NCBI RefSeq assembly: GCF_001194135.2
Contig: NC_068986.1
Location: forward strand, 77,033,239-77,097,238
Direction: 5' to 3'
DNA length: 64,000 nucleotides
DNA from: Octopus bimaculoides
Taxonomy: Eukaryota
Shown here: piece after piece, positions 26,501-40,472 of the stretch
Numbering within the stretch: position 1 is the first letter of the stretch
Layout of the letters: each line of letters opens with the position of its first letter
Notes under the pieces: model-generated
The model's database searches: none
Seen by the model: only the letters and a program-made list of their open reading frames with translations
What the model was told of the DNA's origin: nothing
Program-made: the position numbers and the translations under genes

Positions 26501-28471
26501 GTAGAGAGGGCTGGAACTAAAGTTGGCTTCGGTGGGGCCCTGATCAATTTAGATCAGTCGAAAACTTTTGATAGGGTTGACCATCGCTACTTGGAAGCCG
26601 TCCTTAAAGCAACCGGTTTCGGACCCGTTTTTAGAGGCTGGATTGCTATAATGCACAGCGGTACCTGCTTGGTGATCAAAATAAATGGAACCGTTTAGCA
26701 TCGCACGTTCGGTCCGTCATGGCTGCCTGCTGTCACCTCTTCTGTATGTACTGCCTCTCGAGCTACGGCTGCTGAAGTTGGAACAGTTAAGAGGCCTCGC
26801 TTTCAAAATTGGACTCGGGAGGGCAGTGTCGGCGTACAAGGATGACGTCACCGTCATGGTGTCGGAAGCCTTCGAAGTGGAGACGGTCAGCTTCGTTGTA
26901 AAGGAATATGGGTCAGTTGCAGAGGCCAAAATCAACGCCGAGAAGTCTGTGGGATTGTAACTGGGCACCTAGAGAGGCAGATCGATGCCTTCGGACGCTG
27001 GACTGATGAACCAGTTAAACCGCTCGGAGTATGATTTGGTCCCGACCTCCAGATGGATAAGAACTGGGAAGGAGTGATGAACAGAGTGGCCTATCTTACC
27101 CAGAAATGGGCTGAGAGAAAGTTGTCCTTGAAAAGTCGGGCAGAGGTGGTGAATGCCTACATCGCCTCTGTCATTATTTATCGTCTGACCGTTGCCCCAA
27201 TTACTACTTGATTAGATTGGAGTGTATCTTATTTATTTTCTTGGGGAAGGGACTCGTTCCAATGGTTCGGCGGTCGGTTTGCTGCCAACTACCTCTGCGT
27301 GGCGGCTTAGGCATGCCATGGCTTTTGATGCGCAGACACTCACTCAGGTTGCGTCACCTGCAACGATTTCTAGATGATGAACGCGTGTGGGCTCCGTTTG
27401 TGGGACACGCCTTTCCGCAGCTCGTCTCCTTGACGAAGCTGCAGTACTGAGTAAAGGATAGACCAAGACTGGGCGCCTAGCACTTAGAATGTCGTCAGGC
27501 GCTCACTGTCCTCTACCAGTTGGGCAATAAGATTGGTGGCTGTTCCACTTTAGCTATATATAAAGGATTAGTAGCGGGGAAGTGAGACGACGTCTTCAGG
27601 AGACCCTAAGCGTCGACGAATACGAACTGGCAAGTCTGTGCTGGAGGACTTTCCGGCCGGGGACTATTGAGGATAATTTCCCGATGTCTTTGACTTGGCA
27701 ATGCTACTGGGGGACGCTACCGGTTCGAGATGAACTCTACAGACACAGATATGCTGTCAGACGGGCTTGTCCGAGGTGCTCTCAGAGCGACGAAACTGTT
27801 CTGCATGCACTCGTTCAGTGTCCGGGAATTGCTGACTTGTGGGATTATGTCGAACACCTGCTGTTGCGTATGGGACGGATTCGTCTGTCGGCCGAGTCCA
27901 TAATGATGATTGTCCCGGTGTCCTCCTTTAATCGAGCAGCCAAGGCAGTTTTCCTTTGTCTGGTGGCTGTGGCGAAAGAAGTTGTCTGGTGGACAAGGCT
28001 AAAAGGAACGAGGACAGAAACATTGCTTTTTGGTGAAGCCCTCATCGACTTTTTCAAGTTGCACTTGAAAAGAAAATTAAGGGTAGAGAGGGAGGTGCTG
28101 TCCTCGAGTGAATTTATGAAAAGGTGGGTGAAAGTTGAGAAAATGGCATGAGTGGATAGTACCACTCTCAGTCGGAAGAAAGATGTTAGAGAGGACACTC
28201 GCCTCTGGTATTGAGGGTGATCTTTGATGGCGGGGTTCGTCGATTATCTCCAGAGGTCCTCCTGTATCAGAAGGACCCCATTTCTATCACTCTTTCCCCT
28301 CTACTTCCAGTGCCGTATACTGTGTATACATCCCTTCTACTAGTGTATACAGTGTATACTGTTTTTTTTTTCATGCTATCATATGTAAACCCCAATACTT
28401 CATGTCTCTCTTTGTATTGTCCCTCTCACCCTTCGCCCTTGTGGCAAATAAAAGAAATCATTGTTATTATA

Positions 28472-28519
<48 letters not shown>
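23550..28519 (+). mobile_element. Near full-length Tx1/L1-clade LINE, inactivated
   Basis: ORF1 remnants at 23922-24670. ORF2 from ATG 24842: APE endonuclease (CVNVRGL, SET, GDWN, YWKLNAS), RT (FRPITLL, LDQSKTFDRVDH, GCLLSPLLY, YKDD) and a C-terminal CPRC...H...C. AATAAA at 28447, then (ATT)n. The 5' boundary is approximate. Confidence 0.88.
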
Positions 28520-30559
28520 GTAGTCTTTGGATGATCAGGTTTACTATTGTCTTGTGAAGGGAATTTAGTAGACAAAAAGTATATTCATATATAATGAGTG
28601 TGTGTATACATTTGTTTATATACTTGCGTGTTTACATGAGAATGTGGATGTGTGTGTGTGTGTNNNNNNNNNNNNNNNNNNNNNNNNNNNNNNNNNNNNN
28701 NNNNNNNNNNNNNNNNNNNNNNNNNNNNNNNNNNNNNNNNNNNNNNNNNNNNNNNNNNNNNNNNNNNNNNNNNNNNNNNNNNNNNNNNNNNNNNNNNNNN
28801 NNNNNNNNNNNNNNNNNNNNNNNNNNNNNNNNNNNNNNNNNNNNNNNNNNNNNNNNNNNNNNNNNNNNNNNNNNNNNNNNNNNNNNNNNNNNNNNNNNNN
28901 NNNNNNNNNNNNNNNNNNNNNNNNNNNNNNNNNNNNNNNNNNNNNNNNNNNNNNNNNNNNNNNNNNNNNNNNNNNNNNNNNNNNNNNNNNNNNNNNNNNN
29001 NNNNNNNNNNNNNNNNNNNNNNNNNNNNNNNNNNNNNNNNNNNNNNNNNNNNNNNNNNNNNNNNNNNNNNNNNNNNNNNNNNNNNNNNNNNNNNNNNNNN
29101 NNNNNNNNNNNNNNNNNNNNNNNNNNNNNNNNNNNNNNNNNNNNNNNNNNNNNNNNNNNNNNNNNNNNNNNNNNNNNNNNNNNNNNNNNNNNNNNNNNNN
29201 NNNNNNNNNNNNNNNNNNNNNNNNNNNNNNNNNNNNNNNNNNNNNNNNNNNNNNNNNNNNNNNNNNNNNNNNNNNNNNNNNNNNNNNNNNNNNNNNNNNN
29301 NNNNNNNNNNNNNNNNNNNNNNNNNNNNNNNNNNNNNNNNNNNNNNNNNNNNNNNNNNNNNNNNNNNNNNNNNNNNNNNNNNNNNNNNNNNNNNNNNNNN
29401 NNNNNNNNNNNNNNNNNNNNNNNNNNNNNNNNNNNNNNNNNNNNNNNNNNNNNNNNNNNNNNNNNNNNNNNNNNNNNNNNNNNNNNNNNNNNNNNNNNNN
29501 NNNNNNNNNNNNNNNNNNNNNNNNNNNNNNNNNNNNNNNNNNNNNNNNNNNNNNNNNNNNNNNNNNNNNGTAGGAAAAATAAGGATGCATGAGAGTTGAG
29601 AGTTTTGTTAGGTTTTTAAAAAAGGGTTAAAAGTTTGTGTTAAGCAGGAAATGTGGTGTCAAAACAGGAAGTGTGTGTAAGGGGAGACAAGTGTTTTTAG
29701 TTGGAGTTATGAACTCTTTTTCAACAGGAAGTTTGTGTCTGTTCATAGAGAAATAAGGTCACTGAGGGGTGTGTGTGTTAAGAAATGGTTGGAATTTCTC
29801 TATGAAAAGATTCTCCTTGTTGATTCTTTCTTGTGTGGAGATTCTGTCTTTACATTGATAGAAAGGGAATATAATGAATTTAGGGTTTTTTGTTTCTGGC
29901 GCAAGAGGGGGTTTTTTGAATTAACACTATATGAAACCTCACGCCAGAAATTTGGACACCTTTTCCACATCTTTTTAATGGATAACTGGAAAAGATTTTT
30001 GGATGATTGTCATTATGTTCTACTGTTATTACCGTTACCACAACTAGACAATAGCAACAACATGATCGGTATTGGCAGTCACTCTTCAATACTAGAACAA
30101 TTGATGAGCTATTAAACAATACAATCTCTAGCTCTTTTCCACAATCAGGTCACTCAAATTCTTCTCAGAATAACACAAGAGATCCATCATCACCATTGTC
30201 ATCCTATTCTACGGCTACTACCATTACCACTACTACTACTCCAATTAGTAAAGAACCACTCCACCCCCACCCCCCACTATCCACTTTAATCTGAATGTAT
30301 ACCTGTCAGCTCCATGATAAATTTGCCGAAAGTAAAATCATGAACACACGAAACTATGCATACGCAGTGACTAGCTTCACCCATTTTCCAAGAACAAGAT
30401 GCACAATTCGTACAATACCAGCCAACGCCAAACCACACATCTTACAACACCACCACCACCACCATCACTACTAAACGCTAAATCACACTTAATAACTACT
30501 ACACATGTGACCCGGAATCCTAAAATCTGTCGCTTTCCCAACACGAAAGGTTATGTCTG

Positions 30560-32735
30560 ATGTGTGACTGTCCCTTCACTAATCTTTTAGGAACTCGATG
30601 CACTAGTAAAAGCATAACTTCAAATCACCACCAAATCTATAGTAGAAAAATTCCTTACGGTGGCAGTGTTGGTCCAGACTTTTATTGTAAAACAGATGTC
30701 ACTCAGATATCTGCTGTAAAATCAACAGCCGCAAACAATGATGAATCTGGCAAAAGAAATAAAAATGACTTCTAACTCTCACACAGCACCAACCACTGCT
30801 ATTACTCCAGTGCGCAACCACACATCATTGGTGTCATTAACCCACAAATTCAACTCTATGATAATGCCAAATGTACAAGGTGTTTCACATTTCACAAATT
30901 GAACATAGGTATCATATCATAGAGAACTTGCACAGCAAGAGAGACCTCGTACATCGAGAAAAGACATGTGTTGCACTAAATGTAACGCACCTGACCCCAG
31001 GCATATTGGATGTGGAAGTACATATGTCAGGATATGTATTACTCAGAACTGACCACAGAATATGGAAACAAGGGGAAATAGCGATTTTCATCCAAGATGA
31101 CCTGGCAACAAATGTCCTTCTCTCCCACTCCAACACAGTGTGCGATACACTAATAATGCATGTGATAGACCTCAATTTGATCATAGGTATTACCTACTGT
31201 CATCCTGATGCAGCTAGCCACGGAGATCAAAGATGCTTTGTCGCTCATAAGCCAAACTTCAAATGAGACCAGCTCACTGGCCAATGTACTTTTAGCAGGG
31301 GTTTTTAGTTTTCCTCATTTCAGCTGGCCTGAGGATTTTATCCAACCAGAAGTTATACAGCTGAACAGGAGAGATATGAATGCTCTTTTCGATACTACTA
31401 AAAGACTTCCTCATGCAACAATTCATTATCCGTCCAACTAGGGATAAAAACATACTCGACCTAGTCTTTACCACCGATACAGACTTCACTCACAATGTTC
31501 AGATCATTCCCACAGCTATTTCCAACCACAAAATTATACAATTATCTGTATACAGTTCAAAGAGGGCAAATAACATCAAACATGACTCACTCCTCATGAA
31601 CTTGAATTTCAGTAAGGCCGAGTGGAATGAAATCGAAACTGAAATCCTCGAAACAAATTGGCAATCTCAGTGTTAACGAAAGAATGAAATTTCTGTACGA
31701 AGAGTTAATCAGGATTTGTTGAAAGCATGCCCCATATAAACACGCCTATTCCAGCAAGTACTTGATTCCGTGAGATAGACGGATACCAATGTGTAACATA
31801 ACCAAACCAACAAAACAACTATAAAACCAAACTCTCTCAGCAATTGAGATTGAGAAAAGAAAAAAGAACATCGAACTGGACCTAAAACTATTTCATGAAA
31901 AAGAAACTTCGCTAAGAGAACAACGAGCAGTGTAAAATATAAAATTTATTTCTAAGTTCTATAATATTTCCCCTTTGCTAAACAAAAATCAGCTACGCAT
32001 AACCAGATTGGCTATCTAATGGATCAAAATGTATCATATATTAATGATGCATCACAAATATGCACATTCTTGAGTCAACATTATTACAGTGCATCTTTCC
32101 AACCTATAGTTAACAAAATAACATATGAGCCAAATGAATTCTTTGATCCTCAGAACTCAACTTACAGTTAATGACTGAGATTCAAACCCGGCATCTGGAC
32201 AGGATGGTCTCACAGACATACTACGAAAAACGTGCAAAAACAGCCTCGTGAAACCATTTAAAAATACTATTTCAAAAGTCGCTAGATACCGGCGAATGCT
32301 CAGAACTATCAAAAGACACAATAGTAATGCCCTATACACAAAGGAAGGTAGTGAGACTGAAGCTGAAAACTACAGACCTGTTTCGCTCACACATCTAAAA
32401 TTATCAAACGCATTGTCTGAAATAGAATTAGTACATGCTTTGTAGAAAACAACCTCATAGATGATATACAGCATGGTTTCTGAACTGAACTTTTACAACT
32501 GTTACCGTATTACCTATTTCACAATTAGCACCGTAACACTATTCTTAATAATCTCTTGGGTGGAAAGGACATTGACTGTATATACCTTGATTTTGTTAAG
32601 GCGTTCGGTGAGATTGTTCATGGAATCATCTGTCATAAGTTAAGGAATCTTGATATCTTAGAAAAACTCAGAGAATGGCTCTTTGACTTCCTACATGGTA
32701 GGAGACAATCTGTTGCTGGAAATGGTTTTCGCTAA
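30560..32735 (+). mobile_element. Degenerate CR1/L2-group LINE (endonuclease plus N-terminal RT, 3'-truncated)
   Basis: GYVLLRTDH...GEIAIFI, QQFIIRPTRDKNILDLVF, FSKAEWNEI, AENYRPVSLT, QHGF, YLDFVKAF. Confidence 0.85.
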
Positions 32736-33588
32736 CACGAAATAACTTTAAAAATATAAACTTTACTCAACAACACTAAGAGTAAAAGATGTTTTATATG
32801 ACACATTCTACCAGTGTCCCAAGTTTGAAAGTGTTTCGTTAGAAAACAAATGGTGTCCGCCAAATCAGAAAGATCCACTCACTCTCTTGAGATATTGGCT
32901 ATTGTTATGCCATGTCTATTACTTAATTCAACAAAGCTTTTTTAAATTGTTGTGTAAAACTCTAGTAGCTTAGTATGGAAGAATTAGTTAATATAAATTT
33001 TATGTCGTAACTCTCTACGACAATTTTCTTTGACTTATAAAATGTACTGTAAATATTAAATGTACGCAGATAAACTAATTTAGTAAATAAATAATTTCTT
33101 TTTTCTTCATTTTCTTCAACCTGTTAATGAATTTTGTATCTGTAAATATGAAACTGTTATTATAGCGGTGAAAAAGAGCGAGCTTATACATTTTCAACAT
33201 AAATACGCGTTCAGCGTTTTGGTGTATAAGTCATCACGGCGTTTACGCAGCCTAAGTTTAGATTTATGTATAGTGATAATACTTATAATTAAGTTATAAG
33301 TGACGGGTTTATCACCATAGATTTCTATTCAATAAACATTTATATCTATTATCTTTTCCAAGTTCGAACTCGTTATAAATTGATGACCAACCGACGTTGA
33401 TTACGAAGTCTACTCGGGAGAATAATCACCATATAAATAGGATAGATCACCGTTATAAAACTATGTAAAGAAGAGGGATTGGTATTTATATCCAATTGCT
33501 GACTTAAAATCAAGCATGCTGGTTAACTATTGATTCATTTGGATTGCTATTCAAGAGGGATACTCCCATTGTAGATTAAAAAAAATAA

Positions 33589-33900
33589 TGGCGAGGGACT
33601 TAATGGTTAGAGTATTCGGCTCACAATCACATGAACATGAGTTCGATTCCCGGCGGCGCGTTGTGTCCTTAAGCAAAACATTTCATTTTACGTTACTCCA
33701 ATCCATACAGCTGGCAAAAATGAGTGTTACCTGTCTTTCAAAGGGCCAGCCTTTTCTGTGTCACGCTGAATCTTCCTGAGAATTATGTTAAGGGTACACG
33801 TGTCTGTGGTGAGCTTAATTACTTGCGCGTCAACTTCACGAGCAGGTTGTTCCATTGATCGGATCGACTGGAGCCCTCGTCATCGTAACCAACGAACTAC
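33589..33900 (+). mobile_element. tRNA-headed SINE, family B tail
   Basis: A-box-like TGGTTAGAG and B-box GAGTTCGATTCCC; same 3' module as 6747-7020. Confidence 0.75.
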
Positions 33901-34784
33901 CAGCTAGAAGACTTTTATCAGTTTTGTTGCAATTTCTACTTCATATTCATGTGAATTAGGATATTCAACACTTAATAACATCAAAAATAAGAAACGAGAG
34001 CGGGTCACTTCCACCGAATAAGAAAGGGGGGTTTGCTTATCACAAATACGTTCAAACATTGAAAACGTAGCAAAAAAATATCGGGTGCATATTTCTTTCA
34101 AACACACGCATGCATGCGCGCGCGCACGCACACACACACACACACACACAAGGACTGTCGATTCAAACTCAACTATAACTTTAGATTCATCAACTGGAGA
34201 GTTTATTCCAAGATGAATTTCTAGATACCTACCTCTCTTAAGATCTGAGTTCTGTCTTCGTCACGAAGAAGGAGCATGTCCAATATAACAGAACTCACTT
34301 GCATCCACGGTTCTCAAAATTATCTTATATATTACAATCTTGTGGAAATAGTAGCCAAATATCATTGCAATCATACCCTGCGGTCTTTAAGCATGAAAGA
34401 CATGTTGGATACTGTAGTTCTACACATATCTGAAAAGATGGGGTTATCATGGCTGGAACATCTTTAATCGCAGGACTCTTCCATCAGGTGGTGGCGGCGA
34501 TGACGACGACGACCACGATGGCAAGTACAACACAACATGAGCAACAAGTTTACTAAAGAAAAGCTTATGAAGATCTTATGACAGAGAAACCAGAGGCACG
34601 TTGTGGACTTGATTCCAACGGAACTTCTATACTTCTATCTAAAAGAAGAATCAAACTAATGGAAAAAAGAGCACTAATGAAATGTTCAAACTGTGAATAA
34701 TAGTAACCAAATCTCCCTCATGTCACAGTTAGCTGTGTGGAAAAAGAAATAATAAATGTCACATTAGATAATGTATTCCTAGAT

Positions 34785-35110
34785 CAGGGCTGGCCAACAT
34801 GAGGCCCGCGGGCCGGATGCGGTCCGCAGACTTTTATCTTGCGGCCCGCTTGATACCTTCTTGAAATGGGTTTATTTAAACAAACATTTTAAAGTTTTTA
34901 TCAAAAAATTAAAGATTGTAATGAAAAATTAAAAAAATGAAAGATACTACTGCTTTTGCAACGATATGTCATGTTGAATCAACGATCATTCATTTATTAT
35001 TGTAATAACAGCATGAGAAAGTAAAATGCTTTCAATTCTGTCAGTATACAAGCGACTCTAAAAAGACTTGCTGCGATTTAAGTGGCGCGCAATGTAATTC
35101 GAGTTGGCTA
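34785..35110 (+). mobile_element. hAT (Charlie-like) non-autonomous element, right terminus damaged
   Basis: Left end CAGGGCTGGCCAAC...GGCCCGCGGGCCGGATGCGG; subterminal GTGGCGCGC...GAGTTGGC near 35083-35107. Confidence 0.65.
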
Positions 35111-36804
35111 GAAAACCTTTGACCATGTGTCAACTTGATCAAAACTAACCTGAGGTGAAACAACTCTGGAGACTACACAGCAAAAAAAAAAAAAAAAGAA
35201 AAAAAAGAAAAAGGCTAAAGATTCATCATTAGTAACACAAAATCTTTGGCGACGGAAGTATAACTGAATATAAGGAACTACAAAGAATATCCAACGGACA
35301 TTGCACTAGATGGTTCCACAAATGAAACTCAGTGTCCGTTTAGTGTATTGTATATGAAGTGATATAGAAGAACTGAAAGACCTTAGTGGAGGTCTATGTA
35401 GGCAAATACTAAATACCATCAGTTTACAGAAATGGTAAAAATAAGTATGCAGTGTGGAAGAGGAGAAATCCGATTTAGAGCTATGTCTAAAACATTATAA
35501 CCCTTCTATGGCGAACCACTTTTCCTGAAACGTCAAATCTATTCCTTCCCTCACGGCTAACTAAATTGCTTTATTTACAAATCTATAGAGATAGCTCCGC
35601 TTGGGGAAAAGCTCCTTTAAATTAAACTCATCCTTCTTGAGTAAAGACATTAGATAATATAGCCATGCATAGCTTTAAAATACCGAGGCACCGTACTCGA
35701 TTGCTATTTTATTTTATTGACCCCAGAAAGGGATAAAAGGCTTAACAAAGCACTTAACATCACAGTGCTTCTGCTGCTGGCAGCAACTAGTAATTTCTAT
35801 TTTACGGTATATATGTTCACCGAGCAGTTTCATAAAACCGAACCATTTCCAAAGTTGTCACTATACTGCCAAGATCAGACTCCTCTCCTGTTGCGTGGTC
35901 CACATTCTAGTTTTAATTGACTTAAATTCGAAGTTATTCCCTCCGTCTTTCTCGAGCTGAATTAACCATTATGATAAATTTTCCTTCCCATTACTGGAAA
36001 AATTTTAATTATTTAAAATTTCTTTGATCACCACATTAAGTATGTAGCACTGCCCTTCACCATTTCAAAATTAAGTGCTGTTTACAAGATACAAACCTGT
36101 GACTTCTCAGCTATCTCTCTTCTATCTTATACATTTATCCATCCACTACACCAGTGTTAGTAGAGAGGGGAAATAAAACATTCTCTGCTGAAGACACCTA
36201 CGCTCTCATTTCCTCTCTCCCTAACTCCAAAACATGTGATAGTGTTACATGCTTAAAAGAACGTGGTTAGCAAAGTTGGTACAGCAGCATTTATTTGGTC
36301 TCCTTAAGTTCTGAGCTAAAGACTAACTTTGCCTTTCATCGTTCAAAATTGATAAAGTAAATACTAGTCATATGCTGGGGTTGAGGTAATTGACTATATT
36401 CAAAATGTGTAATCTTATACTATTGTTTAGAAATAATTTTCTTGTAGTTGATAAAGAAATTTACATCCATTTGTTTAAAGTAACAGCTGACTGAATTGGC
36501 GGGCTATAGGATTATTTAAGTAATTGTTCATTATTCCTTTAGCTAGGCCCAATGAATTTAAGTGCTAGTACGAGCCTAGCGTAAGCAACGAGAAACCACT
36601 CATACGTATTATATTTTTGAGATCCTGTTTAGTCTACTCGAACACCAGCTGTTCACTCTACCCAAATGTGTGTAAGCCAACGAAGGAGCCTCTACGTGGT
36701 CGCTTAACGAATCAAAAGTAGCAGCCATTGTGACTCGTTAAGTTCCTTTAAATTACACTCATCTATCTTAAGTAAAGACATTAAATAATGTAATTCTGCA
36801 TAGT

Positions 36805-37069
36805 GGAGGCTCAATGGCCCAGTGGTTAGGGCAGCGGACTCTCGGTCGGAGGATCGCGGTTTCGATTCCCAGACCGGGCGTTGTGTGTTTATTGAGCAAA
36901 AACACCTAAAGCTCCACGAGGCTCCGGCAGGGGGAGGTGACGACCCCTGTTGTACTCTTTCGCCCCAACTCTTTCTCGAGTAAAGCTGCGATGGACTGGC
37001 ATCACGTCCAGCTGGGGGCAACACATACGCCATAGAAACCGGGCCCATGAGCCTGGCTAGGCTTTAAAA
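36805..37069 (+). mobile_element. tRNA-headed SINE, family B body with a different tail
   Basis: TGGCCCAGTGGTTAGG A-box and GGTTTCGATTCCC B-box; 3' module GCGATGGACTGGCATCACGTCCAG...GAAACCGGG. Confidence 0.78.
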
Positions 37070-39279
37070 GGAATAGCTTTAACAATACCGAGTGATCACG
37101 ACTGGAATACTTTTAATTACAGGTCTGCTCAGTTAGGATTAACCTGGAGTTTAACGTTACCAGCAGCATCGTCAGCATCCCAAGTGTGTTCAACTATATA
37201 GTCAGGAAGATAGATCCCTTCCCAACCTCTAAATTGTCAAAAATGTGAGAGAACAGCTTTATGTGTCCATTTCATTACCACCACCAACGTGATGTGATCC
37301 TTTATTTTTTTTTTCTCAGTCTCTCCGAGACTAACGGGGAGGGAATACTTGCAACAGAGTAAACTGTTAAAGGAAACCAAAGGACCGGGTGATTGTGTTA
37401 AACTGGTCAATGATTTTTGTCTACCACCCAAAAACTCAAAGTACCAAAACAAAAATACAAGTCGTTCAATGTGTTAATAATTCTGCCTATCCACCGCCCC
37501 TCGACTGCTATTTTATTTTATCTACCCCCAGAAAGGAATGAAAGGCAAAGCTGACCACAGCGAGATGTGAACTTAAAGAGTACAGAGAGCTGGAGCAAAT
37601 ACTACACATTTCCTCTTACGCTCTACTGATTCTGCTAATTCGCCTCTCCCAGTTAGATATGCATTACACAAATACACACAAACACGCCCAGATAGAGAAA
37701 CTTAATTTGTACAATTAGCGTAGATTAGGGGGGGGGGGTATTTTTCGACAGGAACTTGGTTGAGATACGAACAAAAAAACAACAACAAAAAAAAAAATTA
37801 AAAAGAGTTTCTTGAAAACAACAAAACAGAGGACATGGTTATTTGATCCAAGACTAAGCATTTGATGAATACTATATTTAGATAAACGCGGATGACTAAC
37901 ATCACTATCATATCCTCATACTTACGGTGCCTCATAGCTTACCTTATTAATCAGCGACACACACACATTATTGTATGTATATCATATACATTATATATTA
38001 CTAACACACACCTACATAGGTATACAATACACTTAATATTACAAACTCACGTACATACATTATACGCACACACATATTACAAGCACTCACAGAGTATAAA
38101 TGCAAGCTTTGAATGTTTGTTTATTCAGGTGTCATTTACCTAATTCTCATAAAATCCTTTTAACTGGTAGATTTCCAAGCGTGTCTGAAAGACTACTTAC
38201 CTGTTAGTGAAATATATCTTAGCTTGTTTCTCTCTCCAACATGGCACAGTCCTATCGCATTTGCGATATATTACACCAGCACAAACGACTTGATTCCAAT
38301 ATAATTTTTTAAAGATTACTGTATAGTTGTCAAAAATTTCTAATACCATAAATAGCTTTCAAGAAACTTACGCTGGTAGCAGTAGCACAAGCGTTTACAG
38401 AGTTTATATTTATAATGCACTACATAGCGCTTTGGGGAGATAATTTGAAATAAATACACACCTTTACATACATACATAACATTTATATATNNNNNNNNNN
38501 NNNNNNNNNNNNNNNNNNNNNNNNNNNNNNNNNNNNNNNNNNNNNNNNNNNNNNNNNNNNNNNNNNNNNNNNNNNNNNNNNNNNNNNNNNNNNNTATATA
38601 TATATATATATATATTTATTTATTACACACACACCATACAATTTTGCTTCGCCGTGAAAAGTAAAAAGCGGCTACAGTACAGATGTATCTATGGAAAGAA
38701 AAATTGGGGAAGAAAACGTTCAAAGAACGAAAATACATTTTTTTGTTCACAAAGATTTACAGCTCTTTTGGAGGTTCACACAGCGAAATAGTAAATTGGG
38801 GATCCACAATATTTCAAGAGCCCATGAAAAAAAAACTTTTGCATTAGTTGTATGTATTGTAAGAAACAACTTGGTTTCTTTCCCTAGCATTTTACATAGT
38901 TCAACCTACACAGGATAATGTGAAAAACAAAATAGAAACTGTGAATCAAATTCATATTATAAAGAAGTTGGAGTAAACCAACTAGGACATTTGAACTGGT
39001 GGGATTTGCATAACAGTCAAGCTTTAGCGATGTGGATAAATTAATAGTGCACTACATAGAATTTTTAGACAGACCAGTTGTATTCAGTACAAATAGCTAT
39101 TAGCCACAAATGTGGACAGAAATCTCATTCTTTTTCCTGACGAAAATCTTACAAGATCAGAAACTAGTCGGATTGGTTCATTTTTCTAGAGATAAACCAT
39201 CCAAATTATATAAATGCTTTGAACAAGAGGTGAAATTGGGTCGTGGTAGTCAATTAGTAACATTAAAATTATTTCTTAA

Positions 39280-39812
39280 CCTTTCGTTAGTCACATGGAA
39301 TGTGTTATCAATCCAATTTTTTTCAAAATACTCAATTTCTAGTGGGCAACTTATTCTTTTTTACCTTTTGTTCCCTTCCTCTACTCTTTGAGGATGTGTT
39401 GCAAGTGGTGTGGTGCTGTCGTGGGAGGTAGATGTCAGTTTTGTCTAGTTATTCCACGTTCAAATTTTGATTTAATGCATATTGTAACGAGGATTGCCTG
39501 TTGTTATTTTCTAATATTAATAGATGTTAAAAAATTCCACAAAATGATGCATTGTGGGTATTTTCAAAATGAATGTGATCTGAATCCAAGATTTTTTAGT
39601 TTTTCTTTAATTTTATCATTTACTTTATTGTATTGTTTTATATTAACCAGCTACAAGGATTTCAAACTTCTCGGCAGTGATTGCAGATATATCCTGAACA
39701 AAGAATGAGGTTTTTTTACATAATACTAAAACTATATACATTTTTGTATTGGGGTGTGAAAACACCCAATGAGACTAACCATGTTCGGAAAAGTCAGGTG
39801 ACAAACGAAGGG
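39280..39812 (-). mobile_element. Non-autonomous piggyBac-like element, 533 bp
   Basis: TTAA on both flanks; TIRs CCTTTCGTTAGTCAC / GTGACAAACGAAGGG; decayed C-terminal Cys-rich motif (PTRN*VF*KK) on the - strand. Confidence 0.75.
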
Positions 39813-40244
39813 TTAAAATTCCAGCATTGGTACAGTTCACTCATTTGAAGGTAGGTGAACAGTCGATAAAATATCTAGTACTTGATTGGGTTTTATTTTA
39901 TTGACCCCCACGATGATGAAATATAAAATTGACTTAAGAAATGAACTAAATGCTTTGCTAGTTTTATTCCATTCACTGTTTAATAATAATTTCTAACATT
40001 GACAGAGGACCAGAAATTTGAGGGTACATGAACAGTCAAATCTATCAACAGCAGTGGCTGACTGTTATTCCATTTTACCAACCCCAGAGGAATGAAAGAC
40101 AAGACTGTAGAGTTGATTTCAACTCAGAACATACAGAGTTGCAAGAAATACGCCAAAATATTGTGTCCAATCCTTTAACGATTCTGTCGATCCATCACTC
40201 ATAATTTCTCTTAATAATCCTTTCTGTTACAAAAGACACTAAAC

Positions 40245-40472
40245 CAGAGGTTTTCAACTGGGGTCCATATAAGCCCCTGAAAATAATTTTGCTTTAGATG
40301 TATTGCGAAAAACAACTAGGTCTCTTTCTCAATTTAATGTGAAAAACAAAATAGGAATTTCGAAAGAAGTTTCTATAAAACTAGATTTTAAACAACGAAT
40401 GGCTATGGGAGTCCATTAAAAAAAAGTAGTAATCAAAGGGGTCCATAGTTAAAAAGTGGTAGAGAACCCCAG
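40245..40472. mobile_element. hAT-type MITE, 228 bp
   Basis: Perfect 8-bp TSD CACTAAAC (40237-40244 and 40473-40480); imperfect TIRs CAGAGGTTTTCAAC / GTAGAGAACCCCAG. Confidence 0.85.

Noticed and set aside
36805-36880. tRNA gene
   Set aside because: A and B boxes are present but there is no proper cloverleaf or acceptor stem, and it continues into a SINE body.
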